From Anaerolineae bacterium (lineage in GTDB: Bacteria; Chloroflexota; Anaerolineae; Epilineales; Epilineaceae): a stretch of 38,506 nucleotides of DNA. Shown piece after piece: positions 1 through 6,800 of this stretch; within the stretch, counting starts at the first letter, position 1; each line of letters begins with the position of its first letter. The notes under the pieces are model-generated. The model was not told the DNA's origin and did not search any database. It saw only the letters and a program-made list of their open reading frames with translations. The DNA lies in assembly GCA_029262755.1 (NCBI GenBank), contig JAJCYU010000156.1:1-38506 (forward strand), in the 5' to 3' direction. The translations under genes and the position numbers were made by a program.

Positions 1-184
1 CGCCAGGGCCGCGGCCGTTGCCACCCCCCAACCACATCGCCCCGTCGAGCATCCGGAAGCGTGCGCAACGCAGCATGACGGCGCCAGGGCCGCGGCCGTT
101 GCCACCCCCCAACCACATCGCCCCGTCGAGCATCCGAAAGCGTGAGCAACGCAGCTTGACGACGCCAGGGCCGCGGCCGTTGCC
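1..184. repeat. 81-bp tandem repeat (2 full units at 1-81 and 82-162 plus the start of a third at 163); may extend left of the window
   Basis: cgccagggccgcggccgttgcc starts at 1, 82 and 163; the two full units differ by only a few substitutions. Confidence 0.95.
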
Positions 185-204
185 TTCCCACGACCAACGT
201 TATT

Positions 205-326
205 GCCGTGGGCCTGAGGGTGTGTGGCAAGGCGGCCGTGCTCCTAGGCGCGGAGGCGGGGCTTCAGCCCCGTCGAGCACCTAGGAGTGCGCCCAACGCA
301 GCCACGCGCCCTCAGGGCCGCGGCCG
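205..326 (+). repeat. ~120-nt long imperfect palindrome (REP/MITE-like or structured RNA element); its right arm is homologous to the 81-bp repeat unit
   Basis: gccgtgggcctgagggtgtgtggc (205-228) pairs with gccacgcgccctcagggccgcggc (301-324); ctcctagg pairs with cctaggag; apical cggggct-tc-agccccg. Confidence 0.8.
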
Positions 327-334
327 CCCGCCCC

Positions 335-1627
335 CTATTTAACGACGGCCGTATGCCAGGGGGAGCGGTAGGCGCGGCCAGCCTCAATGCCCGCCTCCGG
401 TCCTAGACCGTTGGCGCGGCGCACGTTCTCCGCCCACTGCTGGCGCTCGGCGAACGGGACGGAGGCCGGGTCGTAGCCGCGGACGCGGGCCGCGAAGGCC
501 GCCCAGCCTTCGCCGGGCGACGCGACGACGCGCGCCTCGTGGTTGCTGGTCAGCCGCGGCGGGCGATCGTCCGGGCCCTCGCCGATAACGATGGGCACCT
601 CGCCCGGCTGGGGACCGACGGGTGACGGATCTCCCGGTTGGTCGGGGATGACGGGCACGGGCAGCGTGTCGGGCGGCGCGCGGTGGCCGGCGGGCAGCGT
701 GCGCATCAGGTCGATGAGCAACGCGCGTTCGGCGTCGGCGTCGTCCGTGGCTAGGTCGAAGCTCAGCCACTGGGGATCGATTGTCGCGAAGCCGAAGTCG
801 ACCGCGCCGACGATGTAGGGGTCTTCGGTCAGGCGCTCGCAGTACCAGCGCACCTGGTTTGCGTAGCTGCCGTGCACGGTCTGCGTCCATGGCGTGGAGC
901 GATAGTCCTTCCAGCCCTTGGACTGGGCGGGGCCCAGTCGCGGCTGGATATCGTCGATGCCGCTCTCCGTGATGACCATGTGCACGTTGTCGAGGCCGGC
1001 GCGTACCAGCAGCCGACGCGCTTTGCGGTAGCGCAGCGTCGTCCAACCCTCGACACCCGGCGTGGTGCACAGATCGTCGATCGTGAAGTAGGTGCCGCGG
1101 TCCCAGTCCCATTGGTTGTTGCCGCAAAGTGCCTGCATGACGGGTCCGCTGTATTCGTGGAAGTGATAGAGGCAGCGGTCCTTGCCCTGCTCGTGCGCGT
1201 ATTCGAGCGCCGGCAGGAAGCGCTCCCATTCCTCCAGCGGCAGTGCCCCCGTGGAATAGCCGCCGATCGCCGCGCCGATGCCCAAGTCGTTGAGGCGGAT
1301 CGCGAGACCACGCTCTTTGCGCGCGTAATCCGTCATCGCGTCGCCGCGGAAACCCGTCTCGTTGTAGCCTTCCCAGTAGTCGATGAGGTTGCCGAACTCA
1401 CGTGCCTTGCCCAGCACCTGGTTCTGGAAGTCACCGTAGGCCGCAAGCGACTGCGGGTTCCACACGTCGCGGGCGATGATCTTCGTATCGGGCGACGCTT
1501 GCCGGATCATCTCCAGCTGCGCCCGGTCCGGCGCGATCGTCTTGACGAAGGCCGGCTGCACGCGCTCAATGTACTCACGCGCCTTGGCCGTGTTGCGATT
1601 GCTCATGAGGTGCAGGCCCATGCGCAT
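335..1627 (-). CDS. Putative glycoside hydrolase (clan GH-A-like TIM barrel) with Pro-rich linker and C-terminal LysM-like domain
   Basis: AGGAGG RBS before ATG at 1627; motifs EGYNE, HEY and ITESG typical of GH-A folds; C-terminal VVASPGEGWAAFAAR...VRRANGL...IEAGRAYRSP resembles LysM. Confidence 0.65.
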   Translation of the reverse strand: MRMGLHLMSNRNTAKAREYIERVQPAFVKTIAPDRAQLEMIRQASPDTKIIARDVWNPQSLAAYGDFQNQVLGKAREFGNLIDYWEGYNETGFRGDAMTDYARKERGLAIRLNDLGIGAAIGGYSTGALPLEEWERFLPALEYAHEQGKDRCLYHFHEYSGPVMQALCGNNQWDWDRGTYFTIDDLCTTPGVEGWTTLRYRKARRLLVRAGLDNVHMVITESGIDDIQPRLGPAQSKGWKDYRSTPWTQTVHGSYANQVRWYCERLTEDPYIVGAVDFGFATIDPQWLSFDLATDDADAERALLIDLMRTLPAGHRAPPDTLPVPVIPDQPGDPSPVGPQPGEVPIVIGEGPDDRPPRLTSNHEARVVASPGEGWAAFAARVRGYDPASVPFAERQQWAENVRRANGLGPEAGIEAGRAYRSPWHTAVVK

Positions 1628-1871
1628 GGCGAGCCTCCTGCGGATTCGGGGCGAACGAAGGGGGGAATGATGGGTCGTAGGGGCCGCTCGCAAAAGGTCC
1701 TACACACTACGACCGACAGCAGTCACGCAGGATGACACGCGCGCGGTTATCGCGGTAGTCCGCAGCACATCGTTGAGCCACGCGACCGGATTACCGGCGC
1801 CTCTGCTATGCCCCCGCGCCCGCCGTGTCTCCCCACAGTGTCGCGCCCCCCGCCTTCACCGTCGCCCCCGC

Positions 1872-2204
1872 TCACTCGTCCGAGAGATACCACCCGCGCG
1901 CCATCGCAACGAGCCCGCACGCCAACAGCAACCACCCGATTCCGCTCCACAACCGCGCGTCGTCTCCCAACAACAGGCGCGCGCCGAAGGCGGCCGCCGC
2001 CGCAACGAGCAGCACGCGGCCCGCGATGCGCCAGCGGCGCGGATCGCCCGCGGGCCTGGCCAGCGGCACCATACGCGATTGCCGCTCGAAGAACGCACGC
2101 GAGTACATGCTCGGGCCGGTGGTGTAGCGGATGTGGTCCTGGATCTCCCGCGGATGAGCTTCATCGTGTTCGGGTCCCGGTTGCGGCTGTTCTCGTTCGG
2201 TCAT
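1872..2204 (-). CDS. Small membrane protein (two C-terminal hydrophobic helices)
   Basis: TAGAAT -10-like box and AGGAGG RBS upstream; hydrophobic segments VLLVAAAAAFGARLLL and GIGWLLLACGLVAMA. Confidence 0.7.
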   Translation of the reverse strand: MTEREQPQPGPEHDEAHPREIQDHIRYTTGPSMYSRAFFERQSRMVPLARPAGDPRRWRIAGRVLLVAAAAAFGARLLLGDDARLWSGIGWLLLACGLVAMARGWYLSDE

Positions 2205-2398
2205 GGGCAGGCGCCTCCTGGGATCATTCTACGCCCTGCGCCGCCATGTGTTGCGACATCGGTTGCGCTCTCGCCGCGAGCAGCAGCGAGGACTCTGCAG
2301 CCAGCAACGACCGCACCGCACGGCGCATCGCGAGGCGCATCGAACGGCCTCCCTACGGTCGGCCCCAACCGTTCGGCCCAATCTGCTACCCTCCGCCC

Positions 2399-2671
2399 AT
2401 GAGCTACTTCTGCGCGGACACCACACCCGAGGTCGAGACTCGCATGATCGAGGGACTGCGCGCGATGACGCCACAGCAGCGACTTTCGCAGCTCCCACGA
2501 TTCATCGCCGCACAACGCCGTCTCAGGCTGGCGGGACTGCGCCAACGCTATCCCGACGATCCACCGGAGCTGTTGCGTCGGAGGCTTGCCGACCTGTTGC
2601 TTGGCCCCGACCTGGCGGCCAAGGCTTACGGACCGCTTGAGCCGATCGACGGAGTTCGTGGTGGCCCATGA
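2399..2671 (+). CDS. Small helical hypothetical protein (DTTPE...LRAMTPQQRL...LAGLRQRYP type); from recall, usually encoded upstream of a nucleotidyltransferase-fold gene (putative TA component)
   Basis: TGcTACCCT-N6-ATG leaderless start; family-like sequence pattern recognised from memory, not by search. Confidence 0.7.
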   Translation: MSYFCADTTPEVETRMIEGLRAMTPQQRLSQLPRFIAAQRRLRLAGLRQRYPDDPPELLRRRLADLLLGPDLAAKAYGPLEPIDGVRGGP

Positions 2672-2786
2672 CGCTGATGTCGGCACCGACGTCATCGTGC
2701 AGCACGTGGCCGACGTGCTGAGCGAGCTTGGCCACGTCGACCGTCTCGCACGACTGTTCACGGCCTCCCTACGGGTAGAACGGTGA
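2661..2786 (+). pseudogene. Probable truncated N-terminal remnant of the partner (nucleotidyltransferase-like) gene
   Basis: GGAG RBS at 2651 and GTG overlapping the end of the previous gene; VIVQHVADVLSELG resembles the first helix of such partners; the frame ends after ~41 codons inside the convergent PIN gene. Confidence 0.4.
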
Positions 2787-3195
2787 CGCCTTCCGCCACC
2801 GCCGCCTCCCACAAGGTGCGATCGTAGGTAGCCATGGACACCGGCTCGCCTAGGTTGCTGCGCCAGGCCAGCGCGGTGGCCAGGTGAACGGCGTCGTAGC
2901 CGCGCAATTGCCTGCGCCACGCCAGTTCGGCGGCGGCTTGCAGCACGGGCCGAGTAGCCGCCGCACGAAAGAGGTTCGGCCACTCGCGTGTCCACAAATC
3001 TCCTTGGCGCCGGGCGATCCTGTCCGCGATCAGGCCGACGCGAACGGCTTTCGACAACGCGGCATGGACCTCCACAAAGCAGAGTTCCGTGCTCGCCACC
3101 ACACGGGCCTGGTTCAACCAATGGTCCGTCTCGCTGGTGCCCTCTTCGATGACGTAGCGCTTGACGATGGCGCTGGCGTCGACATAGAGGTTCAC
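2758..3195 (-). CDS. vapC: PIN-domain (VapC-family) toxin
   Basis: YVDASAIVKRY, EVHAAL, LRGYDAVHLATAL and TYDRTL PIN motifs; GTGA overlap with the antitoxin stop. Confidence 0.92.
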   Translation of the reverse strand: MNLYVDASAIVKRYVIEEGTSETDHWLNQARVVASTELCFVEVHAALSKAVRVGLIADRIARRQGDLWTREWPNLFRAAATRPVLQAAAELAWRRQLRGYDAVHLATALAWRSNLGEPVSMATYDRTLWEAAVAEGVTVLPVGRP

Positions 3196-3470
3196 GCGCG
3201 ATCCTCGACCACGATATCGGCCAGCGTCCGTGCGCCTCGGATCATCGGTCGATCCTGCGGAATCTCGGTTGCGAAGGGCCGGCCACTCCATGCCGCCGCT
3301 CCGGAAGCCACCATTTGATCCAGCTTCTGCTCCAACGTCTGCTGGTAGGGCACGATCCGGCCGACCGGTTTCCCGTGCATCGTCACGGTCACGGATTCGC
3401 CGTCCCGGACGCGGCGCAGCACTTCACTCAGCTTCGACTTTAGCTCTCGGACACCCAATCTCGGCTCCAC
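3192..3470 (-). CDS. Phd/YefM-family antitoxin
   Basis: LGVRELKSKLSEVLRRVRDGESVTVTMHGKPVGRIVP signature; GAGGAGG RBS before GTG. Confidence 0.92.
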   Translation of the reverse strand: MEPRLGVRELKSKLSEVLRRVRDGESVTVTMHGKPVGRIVPYQQTLEQKLDQMVASGAAAWSGRPFATEIPQDRPMIRGARTLADIVVEDRA

Positions 3471-3496
3471 GGCGGCCTCCTCAAAGACGCGAATTG

Positions 3497-3524
3497 AGGC
3501 CACTATACAATACTTGTGGACACT
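3497..3524 (-). promoter_or_regulatory. TA operon promoter (-10 TATAGT) flanked by Phd-type imperfect palindromes
   Basis: Minus strand reads gtgtccacaagtattgTATAGTggcctc; GTGTCCAC is one mismatch from the Phd operator-type palindrome GTGTACAC. Confidence 0.55.
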
Positions 3525-3610
3525 TACCCCGCCACGATGAGACGTTCCTTGCTCCCGGCTCCAGCGTAAGCTGAGCCTTGTTCCGCGCATAGCCCTTTCG
3601 CGCCACAATC

Positions 3611-3641
3611 GCGCCGCCCGTGCGCCGCCCGTGCGCCGCCC
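3611..3641. repeat. 11-bp intergenic tandem repeat (gcgccgcccgt x ~2.8)
   Basis: Read directly from the sequence. Confidence 0.85.
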
Positions 3642-3831
3642 CTATCCGGCGCTTCGTCGTCGCCCAGATTCGCGAGCCCACCACGCCATGTCGCCTACCG
3701 TCGAATTGAGCGCATTCGGCCTCCGACCGGCACTTTGCGCGCCCCCTCATCTCGCCCCTACCCAACCCGTGGATAACTCGCCCCCCCGATCGTCCCGTAC
3801 CTCCGTTCGGGGCGGCGGCTGAGCCCTCCCG

Positions 3832-3861
3832 CGAACAGACGTTCCATGCTACATTCTGGCC
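3832..3861 (+). promoter_or_regulatory. Candidate LexA (SOS) box GAAC-N4-GTTC abutting the extended -10 (TGcTACATT) of a leaderless dnaE
   Basis: cGAACagacGTTCc at 3832-3845; TG at 3847, TACATT at 3850-3855, 6 nt, then ATG at 3862. Confidence 0.65.
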
Positions 3862-6800
3862 ATGGCCGGCTTTACCCACCTTCATTGTCACTCCGAATAC
3901 AGCCTGCTCGACGGGCTGGCACGCGTCCCCGACCTGGTCAGCACGGCCAAGGAGCGGGGATTCGACGCGTTGGCGCTCACCGATCACGGGGTGATGTTCG
4001 GCGCCGTGCAGTTCTACGAGCACGCGGTGAAGGCCGGGATCAAGCCCATCCTGGGTTGCGAGATCTACGTCGCCAAACGAGGCCGGGGCGATCGTGATTC
4101 GAAGATCGACCGCAAGCCCTATCACCTGACGGTGTTGGCCGAGAACCAGCAGGGCTACCGCAACCTCATGGCCCTGATCAGCCACGCGCAGCTGGAGGGC
4201 TTCTACTACCGGCCCCGGGCCGACCGCGAGCTGCTCGAGCGATACAACGAAGGCCTGGTCGTGTTCAGCGGCTGCCCCGGCTCCGAGGTGGCCAACCACA
4301 TCATCGAAGGACGCATGGATGGGGCGCGCGAGGCGGCGAACTGGTACCGCACTGTGTTCAAGGGCCGCTACTACATCGAGCTCATGGTCCATGACATCGA
4401 GTTCATCCCGCGGCTGAACGTCGGCTTGCTGCAGCTGGCGAAAGAGCTGGACCTGCCCACCGTGGCTACCAACGACGTTCACTATTGCCGCGACACCGAC
4501 GTGAGCGCCCACGAGGTCCTGCTGTGTGTCCAGACCGGCAAGACCATGCTCGATCCCGACCGCATGAAGATCGGCGACACCTTCTACCTGCGCACGGAAG
4601 CGGAGATGCGCCACCTCTTCCGGGAGATGGAGGACGCCGTTGACCGCACCGCGGAGGTCGCGGAGCGCTGTGACGTCACGCTGACGTTCAACGAGTACAA
4701 GCTACCGCTCTTCGACGTGCCCGACGGCGAAACGGCGGCCACCTTCCTGCGCAAGCAATGCGAGAAGGGCATCGCAGAGCGCTATCCGACGATTACCGAG
4801 GAGGTCCGTACGCGGCTCGAGTACGAGCTCAGCGTGATCGGCCAGATGGGCTTCGATGCCTACTTCCTGATCGTGTGGGATCTATGCGTCTTCGCCGCGG
4901 AACGCGGCATTTGGTGGAACGTGCGGGGCTCCGGCGCGGCCTCGATCGTCGCGTACAGCCTTCGCATCACCAACATCGACCCGCTGCACCACAAGCTGAT
5001 CTTCGAGCGCTTCCTGAACCCCTCCCGCGTCTCGATGCCCGACATCGACCTCGATTTTCCGGATGACCAGCGTGATCTCCTGATCCGCTACACCTTCGAG
5101 AAATACGGGCACGACAAGGTCGCCCAGATCATTACCTTCGGCACGATGGGCGCCCGCGCCTCCGTCCGCGACGCCGGACGCGCGCTGGCGATGCCGCTGG
5201 TCGACGTCGACCGCATCGCGCGCATGATCCCTGCCATCCCCGGCAAGTCCTGCTCGATCGCCGATGCGCTGCGCCCTAGCGAGGGCACCGAGGTCAACGA
5301 GTTCTTCTCGCACGACCTGGCCTCCGCATACGATCTCGATCCGGAGTCCAAGCGCCTGCTCGATAACGCGCAGCGCATCGAGGGGGTCGCTCGGCACGCG
5401 TCCACCCATGCCGCCGGTGTCGTGATCACCGACCGCCCGCTGGTCGATTACGTCCCGCTGCACCGCCCCACGCGCGGCGCAGGCGATGAGGACGACATCA
5501 CCACGACGCTCGCCGTCACGCAGTACAACATGAACGACGTCGAGAAGCTCGGCCTGCTCAAGGTCGACTTTCTCGGGCTCGCTACCTTGACGGTGCTGCG
5601 CCGCGCCGCGGAGCTCGTCGAGCGCTACCACGGCAAGCGCTACACCCTCGACACGATTCCGCTCGATGATCCCGCCATCTACGAGCTGCTCTCCAGCGGC
5701 CACGTGACCGGTGTGTTCCAGGTCGAGGGCGCGGGTATGCGGCGGATGCTGCGCGAGATGCGTCCGCAGCGCTTCGAGAACGTCGTCGCGGCGATCGCGC
5801 TGTACCGCCCGGGGCCTATGGAGTACATCCCCACTTACATCCAGCGCTTGCACGGCAAAGAGCGGGTGGTCTTCCGCCACCCGAGCCTCGAGCCCATTCT
5901 GGCCGAGACCTACGGCATCATCGTCTACCAAGAGCAGATTATCCAGATCGCGCGCGACCTGGCCGGCTACGATGCCGGTGAGGCCGACATGATCCGCAAG
6001 GCCGTGGCAAAGAAGATCGAGAAGAAGCTGCTCCTGCACCGCAAGAAGTTCGTGAAGGGCGCCGTGGCCAACGGGATCCCCGAGCACGCGGCAGAGCGCA
6101 CCTTCGAGGATATTGAGACCTTCGCGCGTTACGGGTTCAACAAGGCCCACGCCGCCGACTACGCCGTGATCGTTTGCCAGACTGCGTACCTGAAGGCCCA
6201 CTACCCGGTCGAGTATGCCGCGGCCCTGCTCGCCGTCGAGCGCGACGACACCGAGAAGATCGCGATCATCGCCGCCGACTGCCATCGCATGGGCATCGAG
6301 CTCCGCCAGCCCGACATCAACCGCTCGGAGCTGAACTTCACGATCGAAGCGGCGCAGAAGGACGTGGAGGACGGGGACAGGCGCAAGGACGAGGACAAGA
6401 ACGAGCCCAACACGCCCCACGATCCCGCGCCGACCGAGCCGGACGGCGCCGCGGTTCCCGGCCGTTCGGTGCCCGCGCTGCAACACCGCCGCGGCATCCG
6501 CTTCGGTCTTGCAGCCATCAAGAACGTCGGCACCGGGCACGTCGAGACCTTGATCGAGGCCCGCGAGGAAGGCGGCCCGTTCCGGGATCTTGAAGATCTT
6601 GCGAACCGCGTCGACCTGCGCCTCGTCGGCAAGCGGGCCCTTGAGTCCTTGGTCAAGGCCGGCGCGCTCGACCACTTCGGTGGACGCGCCACCTTGCTTG
6701 CGGCGCTCGAACGCGTGGTACAGCTCTCCACCTCGCACTACAAGGCCGCCGAGGTGGGCCAGATGAGCCTCTTCGGCGACGCGATGCCGGACTCGCAAGC

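Noticed and set aside
18..284. 88-aa ORF over the tandem repeat
   Set aside because: Open frame is explained by the 81-bp (27-codon) period and high GC; no RBS; overlaps the palindrome
1..326. CRISPR or TIGR-like guide array
   Set aside because: The two full tandem units are nearly identical across their whole length, so there are no unique spacers; only about three modules are visible and no cas or other effector gene is nearby
1677..1703. GTAG-type REP-like hairpin gtaggggcc...ggtcctac
   Set aside because: Only a ~8-bp imperfect stem and a single clear copy; too weak to call
1808..2398. N-terminal 197 codons of the 1808-2671 ORF
   Set aside because: Overlaps the RBS-supported minus-strand gene 1872-2204; the real start is most likely ATG 2399
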